From IMG/VR virus record IMGVR_UViG_3300003691_000004, positions 1,045 through 65,044 of that record: a stretch of DNA of 64,000 bases; one strand, written 5' to 3'. This DNA is from a virus (lineage: Duplodnaviria; Caudoviricetes). Both the position numbers and the translations under genes were made by a program. Of this stretch, positions 17,750-27,054 are shown in pieces; positions within the stretch are counted from its first letter, which is position 1, and each line of letters starts with the position of its first letter. The notes under the pieces were generated by a model. That model was not told the origin of the DNA and searched no databases. It worked only from the letters and a program-made list of their open reading frames with translations.

Positions 17750-18305
17750 AGGTCTTTACGTAGAGGGCGAGTACCAAGTATGGCGTCTGACAGAAGAGTC
17801 GAAACGAGCCTTGAGCGTGAAATCCGCGAAAGCAAAGAGCAAGAGCCCTGCATGTTTTGCGACGGAGAAGACGGAGACGAAAACGCCGGAATGCGATGTG
17901 GATCTTGCGGACGAAGGATTACGGAAGGTTAGTATCTACCGTTCGATGCGTTGGTTTGTAAAGTCTGAACATTTTATCAACACAGAGAACACCTTGATCG
18001 AATTGATATCTAGAGTTTGCCCACACTTCACAGAGAACAATGGTGGGATAATCAACCACGAGGGCGGGTCTTTAGTATCAGCGTTTGACAGCGGACGCTT
18101 CCTAAGCGCCCATTCAGTAAGAGGTTCCGACGGAGAAACTGAGCAGTACGTCATAGTTTCTGTCACGGTCGTAGAGGTCTGGCATGAAGGTGAGTATGAC
18201 GGGGAGATGGAACTCCGGTTCGCCAGGTACGGAGAGTGGATCAAATTAAACTACTCCGCTAAAGAGATAATTAGAGATGACGATAATTTCAATTTGACTC
18301 TGTGA
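17604..18305 (+). CDS. hypothetical protein
   Basis: AAGGA RBS before MPTPEQL. Confidence 0.65.
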   Translation: MPTPEQLMSLMDYPLWVNESAITSQIPEDRDSVRSAIVKLSNIENSPIEGLYVEGEYQVWRLTEESKRALSVKSAKAKSKSPACFATEKTETKTPECDVDLADEGLRKVSIYRSMRWFVKSEHFINTENTLIELISRVCPHFTENNGGIINHEGGSLVSAFDSGRFLSAHSVRGSDGETEQYVIVSVTVVEVWHEGEYDGEMELRFARYGEWIKLNYSAKEIIRDDDNFNLTL

Positions 18306-18339
18306 GGGTCAAGTGGTAATCATCTAGTTCTGGGACTTG

Positions 18340-18462
18340 CTCTAAATCGGGAGATTTGTGCACGTTACAGACACCAGGGTTGGCGAGGCACCGACCCTGT
18401 CACCGAATCGAGCGGAACCTCGACACCATCTGAGTGGACTCTCAGCCGTACACGGAGGCCCC
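18340..18462 (+). promoter_or_regulatory. structured 5' leader of scaffold gene with GGA-loop hairpins
   Basis: aaatc-ggga-gattt; cagggttgg-cgaggca-ccgaccctg; tcgag-cggaac-ctcga; ctgag-tggact-ctcag. Confidence 0.55.
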
Positions 18463-19239
18463 GTGCAAAATAAGCAAATATTCAGACTACCTTTCAACGC
18501 AGAAATCGTCGCAGCTGAGCCTGAAGAAGGATCAGACGAGCAGAAGCCGAGCTACATGACCGCTTCTGACTTCAATAAAGCGATGTCTTCGAGAGAAGCC
18601 AAGATGTTATCAAGGATTGAGACCTTGATTAGCGCATCGACCCCGGAAGCGGCTTCGGACGCTTTCGACATGGACAAACTCGACGTCATGATTGAGAAGC
18701 TCGTTGACTCTGGCCCCCAGACTCAACAAATGAGCGACGACGACAGCGAAGCACCGAGCCACAAGGGCGACCGAGCAGAGGTCGACCAAATTCGACGCCA
18801 GATGAAAAAGCTCCAAGATCGACTAGACGTGTCCGTTCAGGACTCAGAGGACAAAGACAAGAAGATGGTCGCGCAACGCCGCCGCCATACCTTGCTCGAC
18901 AACCTCAACAAAGCGTCGGCGATCAATTCGGAGCAAGTTTCGAAGCTTCTTTTTGACCAGATCGTAAATGACGACGAGCTTGGCGATGCAATTTCTGTCA
19001 CAACGGAGACAGGCGAGGATCTTGTATCAGTCGAGAAGTACATTCCGATCTTCAAAGAGGACAATCCGCACCTATTCCAAGGTGATGGACCGAACAAGTC
19101 TGGAAGCGGATCAGGTGGCGGAGGTGCTGCGAAGGGTCAGGCTGTAGTTACGTCAGAGTCCTTAGCCAATATGTCTCAAGCGGATTACGAGTCCCAACGG
19201 GCCAAAATCCACGATAGTTTAGAGGCAAACCGAGGCTAA
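18463..19239 (+). CDS. capsid scaffolding protein
   Basis: Coiled-coil, NPHLF..GSGSGGG, LANMSQADY C-terminus; directly before major capsid; GGAGG RBS + GTG. Confidence 0.85.
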   Translation: MQNKQIFRLPFNAEIVAAEPEEGSDEQKPSYMTASDFNKAMSSREAKMLSRIETLISASTPEAASDAFDMDKLDVMIEKLVDSGPQTQQMSDDDSEAPSHKGDRAEVDQIRRQMKKLQDRLDVSVQDSEDKDKKMVAQRRRHTLLDNLNKASAINSEQVSKLLFDQIVNDDELGDAISVTTETGEDLVSVEKYIPIFKEDNPHLFQGDGPNKSGSGSGGGGAAKGQAVVTSESLANMSQADYESQRAKIHDSLEANRG

Positions 19240-19266
19240 CTCCGACGACAAGTCAGGAGTCTTTAG

Positions 19267-20187
19267 ATGCCAGCACTGAATACCGTATACCCGCCCGAGA
19301 TTTGGGCACGCGAGTCATTGATGCTTACAAAGCAGTCAATGGTCGCTGCAAATCTAGTCCACACAGATTTCAAAAACGAGGTCGCTCAACACGGTGACGT
19401 CGTAACGACTCGAAAGCGCGACAAGTTCTCGATCGGGACGTTAGCCAACACAATCACGGCTTCGATGAATGTCGTAGCAGCGACCGCTACAAACGTATCG
19501 GTCACTCTAGACACTCACAACGTGGTCGCCTTTGCGATTACTGGACGTGACCAAGACACCTCAATCAAGAACTTGGTTGAGGAGTTCATGGAGCCTGCGA
19601 TCATCCCGTTGGCCGAGGCTGTAGATAACGACCTATTGGATAAAGCCAATGGTGGACTCTGTTCTACGGCTCATGTTGTTACCGCGAATGCTACCTTAGA
19701 CCTCAGCGATTTCGCTGGAGTTCGGCAGCAATTGCGAACAAACCAAGTGCCGCTAACCTCACCGGGTGGAACCCCGAGGGTGAACCTCGTCCTTGGTGTT
19801 GAGCACGAAGCGTCCGCTCTAGTCATCCCTGAGTTGATTACAGCGAACCAGTCAGGTGTAAGCACCCCAGCGACCGCCACTGGTTACATCAACACGATTT
19901 ACGGCATGGGTGTTTACGCTGACCAAGGTGTACCCACCGGGACAACAGCTGGGCACGGTCAAAGTGTAGCGTTCCACCGCGACGCGATGACTTTGATTAC
20001 TCGTCCACTGGAGCAAGTTGGATCTGACTTTGGAATCCGCTCCAGCGTAGTTAGTGCTGACGGCGTATCCTTGCGGGTCATGCAAAGCTTCCAACACGTC
20101 AATGCGCGTTGGTTGGTTTCGCTCGACATGCTTTACGGCAAGAAGATGCTCAATGGAGATCTTGCTGTCCTCCTGTCCGATGGCTAA
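19267..20187 (+). CDS. major capsid protein (P22-coat/HK97 fold)
   Basis: PEIWA, GDVVT, VTLD, AFHRDA, DMLYG motifs; AGGAG RBS. Confidence 0.9.
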   Translation: MPALNTVYPPEIWARESLMLTKQSMVAANLVHTDFKNEVAQHGDVVTTRKRDKFSIGTLANTITASMNVVAATATNVSVTLDTHNVVAFAITGRDQDTSIKNLVEEFMEPAIIPLAEAVDNDLLDKANGGLCSTAHVVTANATLDLSDFAGVRQQLRTNQVPLTSPGGTPRVNLVLGVEHEASALVIPELITANQSGVSTPATATGYINTIYGMGVYADQGVPTGTTAGHGQSVAFHRDAMTLITRPLEQVGSDFGIRSSVVSADGVSLRVMQSFQHVNARWLVSLDMLYGKKMLNGDLAVLLSDG

Positions 20188-20231
20188 TAGGGCATAGGTT
20201 GATCCTTTGCCTACATGGAAAGGCTCAACCA

Positions 20232-21014
20232 TTGTCAGCAAAAAACATTGAAGAACTATTCAGACCCTACGACAGCCGCTTAGCGGTAATCGTGGGGTCT
20301 GGTACATCTCTGAGATCGTTCGACTTCAAACAGCTCGCCAAGAATGACATCTTCACCTTCGCAATCAACCACGAGCCATGGCGTGGCGCTGAACACTACA
20401 GGGCTAACGCACTTATATATTGCGACGCTGCCCTTTCTGCGATGCACATAGACACCCCGTGTCCAACTTGCGGGGGGACTTTCTCTAATTTAGAAGTCGA
20501 CCACATATTCACATCTAGGGAAGAAGTAAAACGACTTGAGCTTAGAGGTGTAGAAGCTGAGTGTGTGCTATCTAAAGCTTATAAATTTGAAGTGACAAGA
20601 GGATCATGGTCCCCTGGATGTGGGAAAGCCTTCATGGATAGGACGACAGCCACAGCTGCGTTATCGATGGCCATAGAGATGGGGTTCAAGGATATCGCGA
20701 TGATCGGCGTAGACCTCTACTCGGAGGATGAGCAGTATTACTACACAGGTGGAAAACCGAGCCCATTCAAAAGAGCTGGATCAACGAAGCTGTCCGACGG
20801 TCGCTACATGGAGGACAGGCACAGCGGAATGTTGGCTGCATTCTTACAGGTGGGAAACAAATTGAAAGTTTCCAATTGGGACGGAAACATCTACCAGTGC
20901 TCAAAGTGGTCTCCACTAGAGATCTTTAATAAAGTGTCGTTTAGCGAGGTCATTAGGCGTAGAAGCTCACCTGAGTCAGTCATGGCTAGATTGGAAATGA
21001 AGAATGGCGAATAG
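20232..21014 (+). CDS. Maf/DUF115 (CstII-like) glycosyltransferase-fold protein
   Basis: AVIVGSGTSL, FAINH, YCD, T..AAL..A..MGFKDIAMIGVDL. Confidence 0.75.
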   Translation: MSAKNIEELFRPYDSRLAVIVGSGTSLRSFDFKQLAKNDIFTFAINHEPWRGAEHYRANALIYCDAALSAMHIDTPCPTCGGTFSNLEVDHIFTSREEVKRLELRGVEAECVLSKAYKFEVTRGSWSPGCGKAFMDRTTATAALSMAIEMGFKDIAMIGVDLYSEDEQYYYTGGKPSPFKRAGSTKLSDGRYMEDRHSGMLAAFLQVGNKLKVSNWDGNIYQCSKWSPLEIFNKVSFSEVIRRRSSPESVMARLEMKNGE

Positions 21015-21627
21015 GAAAGACGGCGGACGAAAAACCGGCTGCGGCCTAACTGTCCCCAGGACTGATTCGATCTTAGATTTCGACATGGACCGTAGAACTC
21101 GCTGGGACCACTGCAAGCCGTTGTACTGCCATGGCATAGCTGAGGTCAAAGGCCCAGTGAAGGGCTACAGATCGTTCTACAGTAGAACCCTAGAGGAGAT
21201 GCGAATGTCTCTAGGTTGGTTGGAGATTGACAGCAAAGAAATATTTATATCCATCGAGGACTGGCCGCCATTTGAGTCGTTATTCTTCGTAGAGGCTCCA
21301 ATTGCCTACTCCAGGACTTGCGACAAGTACGTTTTCGACTCTTGCAGGTTTTACCCTGCCACGATCACGACAGACACCATGGACCACACTATCAGGTGCG
21401 CAGTGTTCGACTTCAGGAGGGAGAATAAGTTAAGGGCAAGGTCGCACACTAAGGGCGCAGCGCAACTAGACTCTGGTCGCGGAAACATGGGATTTCAAAT
21501 AATAGTTGAAGAAGTAGAGCAGGAGTTTTTCGATGGTGAGGAATCGCACGAGGTTGAGATCGAATTCGTACAGAGAGTCTCTAGTGTCAAACGGAATCGA
21601 AAGCCTAAGGGGGCGACACCAGGGTAA
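21004..21627 (+). CDS. hypothetical protein
   Basis: 207 aa ORF in operon. Confidence 0.65.
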   Translation: MANRKDGGRKTGCGLTVPRTDSILDFDMDRRTRWDHCKPLYCHGIAEVKGPVKGYRSFYSRTLEEMRMSLGWLEIDSKEIFISIEDWPPFESLFFVEAPIAYSRTCDKYVFDSCRFYPATITTDTMDHTIRCAVFDFRRENKLRARSHTKGAAQLDSGRGNMGFQIIVEEVEQEFFDGEESHEVEIEFVQRVSSVKRNRKPKGATPG

Positions 21628-22321
21628 AGTTGGCGCAATAATAGGTACTGGAGTATCTCTAGACCTAACCAGTGTCAGCGGGCTTTTATCTAAGATGCAT
21701 CGCCGCGTAGTCACAATCGGCATGAACATGAGCTGCATAGTCCACAAGTCCGACTACCATGTAATCATGGACGAAGTCGCTATGTATAAAAGTTGGCAAT
21801 TCTGGGGCAAGGGAACGTCCCTAGTAATGTCCGAGTCGGCTGCGAGGGTCGCGGTAGAGTCTCCGCCATTTGACGTCCTCGACAGGAAACAGTTCGACGA
21901 AACGTTGAAGAGTAGGAAATGCTACACTGCACAAATGAGCGTAGACCACGAGAGGGGGAAAGTCGGGCATTTGTACGCTAACGCGAGTGTCGTAACCGCA
22001 GCGCTGTCTCTAGCTAAACACCTCGGACTTGAGCGGGTTTACCTACTCGGGGTAGATCTATATCGACACGAAGACAGGGCGTACACTACGGGAACTGGCG
22101 GAACCAAGATTGAGGAACTGATACCGATAAGGCACGACCCTCAAACCGAGCAGAGGTTTACGACTGCCGCTTTTATAGAGATGTCAAAATGGATAGAGAA
22201 GGGGAGGTCCGCCGAGATATGGCCTAACGTAGTTATCAATCTATCTAGGTACTCCGAGCTGAAAGCGTTCCCGATCGATGAGTATTATTCGCTCCCAACA
22301 CTCAAACCCTGGTATAACTAA
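21584..22321 (+). CDS. second Maf/DUF115-like glycosyltransferase-fold protein
   Basis: LRGRHQGKVGAIIGTGVSL, TIGMN, D, SV..AL.LA..LG...VYLLGVDL, VINLS. Confidence 0.75.
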   Translation: MSNGIESLRGRHQGKVGAIIGTGVSLDLTSVSGLLSKMHRRVVTIGMNMSCIVHKSDYHVIMDEVAMYKSWQFWGKGTSLVMSESAARVAVESPPFDVLDRKQFDETLKSRKCYTAQMSVDHERGKVGHLYANASVVTAALSLAKHLGLERVYLLGVDLYRHEDRAYTTGTGGTKIEELIPIRHDPQTEQRFTTAAFIEMSKWIEKGRSAEIWPNVVINLSRYSELKAFPIDEYYSLPTLKPWYN

Positions 22322-22431
22322 CAAAGCCCAAGCGACAGTCTCTAGCTTCGTGGGCACTTAGCTGAGCAGCTTGGGACAGGCTGGGGGTTTCGGGTATTCC
22401 CCCAGTCGCTTTTTAACCAAAGGAGAGAATT

Positions 22432-22647
22432 TTGAAACTAAGGGACTTCCTCGGTGTGCTGTCGGTGCACGGTGTGTGCGACGAGGGATCAAAGGTAATA
22501 ATTTCAGGAAAGCACGCAGTTGAGTTGCGCGATCAACTACAGGAGTTATTCGACCTCTCTAAATCAACAATCAGTTGGAACGACATTGGTCCCCTGTTCC
22601 TAGACATACTCACACCGATTGAGTTGCCAAAAAAGAAGGGCAAGTGA
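22432..22647 (+). CDS. hypothetical protein
   Basis: AAGGAG RBS + TTG. Confidence 0.6.
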   Translation: MKLRDFLGVLSVHGVCDEGSKVIISGKHAVELRDQLQELFDLSKSTISWNDIGPLFLDILTPIELPKKKGK

Positions 22648-23204
22648 TGAAACCGTGGATGGGTTCGTACCACATAGAGTTGATCCTAGACGCTGTCAAG
22701 AGTCGGCAAATATGCCAAGTGCTTGAGTGGGGGTCTGGTGGCTCAACGATCGCGTTAACTGAAGCTGTAAACTCAGTGAATGGCAGGTTGGTCAGCGTAG
22801 AGCACAGTCGCGAGTGGTACGAGAAAACAAAGGTGGGTCTCCTTGGGTCTGAGATAGACACCACATGCACGTCGCTTTATTTGATAGAAGACTCAGAGCA
22901 CTACGTAAGCACACCACTTCTACACAAAGGGTTTTACGACGTAGTTGTGATAGACGGCTGGTTTGGCAGGCGCATTGCTTGCTTGGAGGCTGTAGCTCCA
23001 TACGTAACCCCTGGCGGAGTTGTATTTGTACATGACTCGCAAAACCCAAGGTACGATTGCACAATAAGCGACCTGTACGACACGGTGATCTCGTCTCACC
23101 CAGATGATACATTTGAGAATAAGAAGACAGAACTTTGGTGCGGAACACCAAAGCGAACCAGGGTTCCAACGCCTGACTTAGATTGGATAAACGATGAATC
23201 TTAA
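22644..23204 (+). CDS. class I SAM methyltransferase (O-methyltransferase-like)
   Basis: VLEWGSGGST, SVEHSREW, YDVVVIDG, PGGVVFVHD. Confidence 0.85.
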   Translation: MMKPWMGSYHIELILDAVKSRQICQVLEWGSGGSTIALTEAVNSVNGRLVSVEHSREWYEKTKVGLLGSEIDTTCTSLYLIEDSEHYVSTPLLHKGFYDVVVIDGWFGRRIACLEAVAPYVTPGGVVFVHDSQNPRYDCTISDLYDTVISSHPDDTFENKKTELWCGTPKRTRVPTPDLDWINDES

Positions 23205-23550
23205 CGGAGAGCCAGGGAAACCACTAAGCGCTGACAAGCAGAGCGCCTACGATTCACTAATGGAGGATCTAGACAAAGACGTGCGGGAGTCCTACCTGCG
23301 AATTAGGAATAAGGCAGAGGCTTTAAACGATGCTGAGTTCTTAACAATGCTTCTAGGGCGAGGGCTACTCGCAATGGACTCCCAGCTAGAGAAGGCGAGA
23401 AAGGCTAGGGCTGGAGCACCTGCGGCACGAGCATCTAGAGCTAGGAACCAACAAAACGTCCTCAGTGGACAAGAGGCACTAGAACAAATCCACGGCGGCG
23501 GTGGTGGAATTCAACAAGGGTTCGTTTCAAATAAGATCAAGGGTAACTGA
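23194..23550 (+). CDS. hypothetical protein
   Basis: 118 aa ORF in operon. Confidence 0.6.
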   Translation: MNLNGEPGKPLSADKQSAYDSLMEDLDKDVRESYLRIRNKAEALNDAEFLTMLLGRGLLAMDSQLEKARKARAGAPAARASRARNQQNVLSGQEALEQIHGGGGGIQQGFVSNKIKGN

Positions 23551-23876
23551 TGAAAACAGAAGACGAGATAGCAATAGAGTTGTCCGATCGAGTGGTCGAA
23601 GTTTCCAGGTCTGCGATCGAGACGTTCGGCGTAGAGTGCCAATTAATGAAATCGATAGAGGAGTTAGCGGAGCTTGGCGCTTCTTTGTGTAGGTACTTAG
23701 TTGATCCAGATAGTTTATCGAATCTAGCTAGCGTCCATGAGGAACTAGCAGACGTCACAATCATGACAACTCAACTAAACATGATAATGGACGACGAGTC
23801 GGTTTGTGAAGTCATCCGGGAGAAGTTAGACAGGTTGGAATCCAAGATCGCCGAAGAAAAGAAAGGGGATGGGTAA
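23550..23876 (+). CDS. MazG-like NTP pyrophosphohydrolase
   Basis: FG...Q..K.IEELAEL ... EELADV ... KLDRL. Confidence 0.8.
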   Translation: MKTEDEIAIELSDRVVEVSRSAIETFGVECQLMKSIEELAELGASLCRYLVDPDSLSNLASVHEELADVTIMTTQLNMIMDDESVCEVIREKLDRLESKIAEEKKGDG

Positions 23877-24079
23877 TGTCAGACGACGAAACGCTGTATC
23901 TTCCAGAGGGTTTCGGCGAGGAGTTCCTAGGGACGATCACTCGCGTCGAGGTGAAGTTAGACGGTTGGAATGAGGATCTTGAGGAACTAGATATGACCGT
24001 CGCTATCACGATGTCCACTGGTAGCGTGAAGGTCAAGAAGGTTAGCGTTGAGCTTGGGGACGTGATTAGGGTCGACTAA
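23876..24079 (+). CDS. hypothetical protein
   Basis: TAATG coupling. Confidence 0.6.
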   Translation: MSDDETLYLPEGFGEEFLGTITRVEVKLDGWNEDLEELDMTVAITMSTGSVKVKKVSVELGDVIRVD

Positions 24080-24252
24080 TGGTAACCTACACCTGCGACC
24101 TTTGTGGCAGCAGTAAAGAGTTTAACTCAGTAAAACAAATTGGATCGCCGCCACAACGATGGCAGGTGGTCGGCATCAAATTAATTTGCCCATCGTGCGT
24201 GACTTGGATCGAGAAGGAATCGATTAGGCGCAAAGAAATAAGGGACGGCTAA
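24079..24252 (+). CDS. small Zn-finger protein (not in ORF track)
   Basis: MVTYTCDLCG...ICPSC, 57 aa, TAATG coupling. Confidence 0.65.
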   Translation: MVTYTCDLCGSSKEFNSVKQIGSPPQRWQVVGIKLICPSCVTWIEKESIRRKEIRDG

Positions 24253-24253
24253 G

Positions 24254-24484
24254 ATGGTTCGAGTTGTAAAAATAAACTGCGACTTCTGTGAGGCTGGATG
24301 CCTAGAGCAGAACTCAGTCAACAGGCATGGTCTAGATTGCTGCGACGACTGTTTGCTGGTTGCCTTCCAAAGAATGAAGGAAAGCCCAGTCAAACCACAC
24401 GTCGTTGTCAACGACGAGGGGACTGGAGACATCTCCGCCACGAACTCTAAAGTCGACGAACTAATGGCAAAGGCTGGATTTTGA
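24254..24484 (+). CDS. small Zn-finger protein
   Basis: CDFC...CDDC. Confidence 0.6.
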   Translation: MVRVVKINCDFCEAGCLEQNSVNRHGLDCCDDCLLVAFQRMKESPVKPHVVVNDEGTGDISATNSKVDELMAKAGF

Positions 24485-25440
24485 TAGATAACCCAGACAT
24501 AAAAATTCTCTTCAGGACGACGACCCCGCTATCTGGAATGCCCTACAGAACAGCTTTGGTTTGCGACAAAGCTCTAGAGAAATCGGGCGGTTCCGGCTGG
24601 TTCCATCATATCGCCACAGAGGGGTATGGAGAGGGTGCGGCCAGTTTCCCTGTCAACTATGGGAACCCACCCTGCGACCCCGACTTGCTGATAGTTCCGT
24701 CCTACGGCTGCCCTGAGGCCCGTGAGTACGACGCTCCAGTGGTTACACACTACTCAACCGAGCATTCGATGTGGAGCGACAAGAACCCTCAAAGCGGATC
24801 GGGGACAGTGGTTGCGCAATATCAAGCTAGATTTGCGCCGAAGTTAGAGGTTATGCCGAACTGTGTGCCGATAGACAATGAGATGTTTAAGCCTGGGGAG
24901 AAGCCGACCGACCGAGTGGTGATCCTGTATACGCCGTCAAATCGCGTGGAGTCAGGATGGAAAACGAAGGGGTTTCGAGAAACATGTAAAATATTGAGCG
25001 GAATCGTCGCAGACTCCAGGGCTGGAAAACTCCCAGCGGTGGAGGTGATAATGTTAGAAAACCAGAAATACGAAGACGTCCTAGCTGTGCGGAGAATCGC
25101 CCACATATCGATAGACGAGTGCGTCACAGGGTCGTATCATTCGGTGTCAGTAGAGTCTATGTCCGCTGGTTGTGCGACTTTCGCGAATATAGATGGACTA
25201 ACTAACGACGCCCTAGTTAGACTAGTCGGACAAGAAGCTACAGACGAGATGCCACTAAATAGATCTACGATGACGTCTCTGTCTAGCCGACTTCGAACCT
25301 TAATCCAGTCCCCTATGCTGTTGGACTGCATTTGTTCAGACAGTAGAAAATGGATGGAAAAATGGTATTCGGAGACTTTCCAGGCGGAGACATGGCTAAA
25401 CTGGCACAACAACTTCCTGAAGACGTCAGGAAGAGGTTAG
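24481..25440 (+). CDS. GT-B glycosyltransferase (GT4-like)
   Basis: PNCVP, ILYTPS, KG, HISIDECVTGSY..VSVESMSAG. Confidence 0.8.
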   Translation: MIDNPDIKILFRTTTPLSGMPYRTALVCDKALEKSGGSGWFHHIATEGYGEGAASFPVNYGNPPCDPDLLIVPSYGCPEAREYDAPVVTHYSTEHSMWSDKNPQSGSGTVVAQYQARFAPKLEVMPNCVPIDNEMFKPGEKPTDRVVILYTPSNRVESGWKTKGFRETCKILSGIVADSRAGKLPAVEVIMLENQKYEDVLAVRRIAHISIDECVTGSYHSVSVESMSAGCATFANIDGLTNDALVRLVGQEATDEMPLNRSTMTSLSSRLRTLIQSPMLLDCICSDSRKWMEKWYSETFQAETWLNWHNNFLKTSGRG

Positions 25441-25583
25441 AATCGATCCTGTCGAAAGCCGAGCTTCTTAAGCAAGATTGCGACATAGACGTAGCCATCG
25501 ACATGGTGAAGGAATTGGTCGCAGAAATAGAAATTTTGAAAGGCGAAAGCGATGGGAATCAACGAGAACGGTCACAATCCTAA
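25392..25583 (+). CDS. hypothetical protein
   Basis: GGAG RBS + ATG; helical. Confidence 0.5.
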   Translation: MAKLAQQLPEDVRKRLESILSKAELLKQDCDIDVAIDMVKELVAEIEILKGESDGNQRERSQS

Positions 25584-26220
25584 CACCATGCAACTACCTG
25601 TAAAACAACGAGTTACGGTTGCACTCTTCGATGGTGAGGCGAAATACAAGACGACCCTTGGTGAAATGAGCGCCAAAGGTATTCAAGAGTACATCTCTAA
25701 CGGTGGGATGAAACACGACCTCGGCCCAGTAGCGTTGAGCGGAAAGTCACAAATCCATTGCGAGTCTCAGGGATTTCACGAGGCCGTGGCGAACTTGTAT
25801 CTTGAGCCAGTGAACCTGAAATACGTCGAGCGAACTCACAACGTGATTACGCAGCTAGGCTTAAACGCCATGGCTGACAAGATCATTGGTGGCACAGCGA
25901 CTACGTTGCCTCTAGGCATGGAGCTAGGGTCGAGCACTCAAGCGGCTTCGCTGGGCGACACAGGTAGGGTTTCAACCATCATTGCCGCTGGATTCCAGAC
26001 GTGGGCTTTAACATTTCCGTCAGTCTCTACTAGCACTGCGAGCTGGAAAGCTGAGTGGGGTGCTGGCGAGGCACAGGTGCCGTCGATAACCGAGGTAGTC
26101 ATGGTCACAGCCGCTTCTGCGGCGAACGCGATATCTCGAATCGTCTTCACGGCGATCGACAAGTCCGGCGCGAACGATACGCTCGCAATCACCATCAATT
26201 GGGCGATGAGCGAAGCGTAA
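25552..26220 (+). CDS. virion structural protein (fibre/decoration N-terminal-like fold)
   Basis: HNVITQLG..., ITE, SRIVFTAIDK...DTL.I.W pattern common in phage virion proteins. Confidence 0.65.
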   Translation: MGINENGHNPNTMQLPVKQRVTVALFDGEAKYKTTLGEMSAKGIQEYISNGGMKHDLGPVALSGKSQIHCESQGFHEAVANLYLEPVNLKYVERTHNVITQLGLNAMADKIIGGTATTLPLGMELGSSTQAASLGDTGRVSTIIAAGFQTWALTFPSVSTSTASWKAEWGAGEAQVPSITEVVMVTAASAANAISRIVFTAIDKSGANDTLAITINWAMSEA

Positions 26221-26236
26221 ACAAGAAGTATATTGC

Positions 26237-26276
26237 AGGGCAAATGGTCTTGAGAACGCCATTTGCCCTTTTTTTT
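26237..26276 (+). terminator. intrinsic terminator
   Basis: agggcaaatgg...ccatttgccct followed by T run. Confidence 0.85.
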
Positions 26277-26306
26277 CTATGTGACGAGGCATAGGAAGAA
26301 AAAAAG

Positions 26307-26759
26307 ATGTCAAAAATCGTGTCAATGGTGTTGGTATTTATCTGTGGGTGCTACGGCACCTCTGTAACTTTAGATGTAAATCGATCATTCCCCAGCGAAT
26401 TCTCTGGTTCAGGTAGCACCTCGGACCCATACAACCCGGATCTTGGATATATTAATTCTTACGGGATATCTATAACTACATGGATCGACAAGCCGAGCGT
26501 TAGGGTAGAATTACCAAAAGTCGAATTAGACATCCCCCACGAAGTCCTAGACATCCCCTACCGGATCGTAGATAGTCTAAAAGCTAGGCCAGTCGTAGCT
26601 AAGCAGACTGAGAAGTCGGAAAAGCCAGGCTACGTTGGAGCACTCGATTCTCTAGGTTCTTGGGACACAGGTAAAATAATAGCCCTGACCCTGCCGATCT
26701 TAGCCATTTCGTTCGGGATGTACCTGCTTTACAGACATAGAAAGTCAAACGATGCCTGA
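26307..26759 (+). CDS. putative lipoprotein/membrane protein
   Basis: Signal with ICGC; C-terminal TM and basic tail. Confidence 0.6.
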   Translation: MSKIVSMVLVFICGCYGTSVTLDVNRSFPSEFSGSGSTSDPYNPDLGYINSYGISITTWIDKPSVRVELPKVELDIPHEVLDIPYRIVDSLKARPVVAKQTEKSEKPGYVGALDSLGSWDTGKIIALTLPILAISFGMYLLYRHRKSNDA

Positions 26760-27051
26760 CTTAGTAGACCGCCTAATGGGTGTCAACTTGGAACATGGAG
26801 TGCCAAGTGGAACCAGGATTCCCATCCATGGGTTCTGTTCTGTTTTAGCAGAATACATCCGTGGAGGATTAACAGGTGCTGAAGCTACAGCACTTTGGGA
26901 CATGACAGCTGCGCAAATAAGCCAGGCGCAAGCGTTAATCGTGAAGATGCAAGCGGGCGACATTGATCGCAAGCACCTAAAGGATGTTTTGTACCTTGCA
27001 GAGCTTGGTGAATACGATAGATCTAAAGTTCTAGCTAGGTTGGGATTCTAA
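26752..27051 (+). CDS. hypothetical virion-associated protein
   Basis: 99 aa preceding fibre genes. Confidence 0.65.
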   Translation: MPDLVDRLMGVNLEHGVPSGTRIPIHGFCSVLAEYIRGGLTGAEATALWDMTAAQISQAQALIVKMQAGDIDRKHLKDVLYLAELGEYDRSKVLARLGF

Positions 27052-27054
27052 GTA

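Noticed and set aside
18358-18462. Extra N-terminus of scaffold
   Set aside because: Region is a hairpin-rich leader; GGAGG + GTG at 18463 is the better start.
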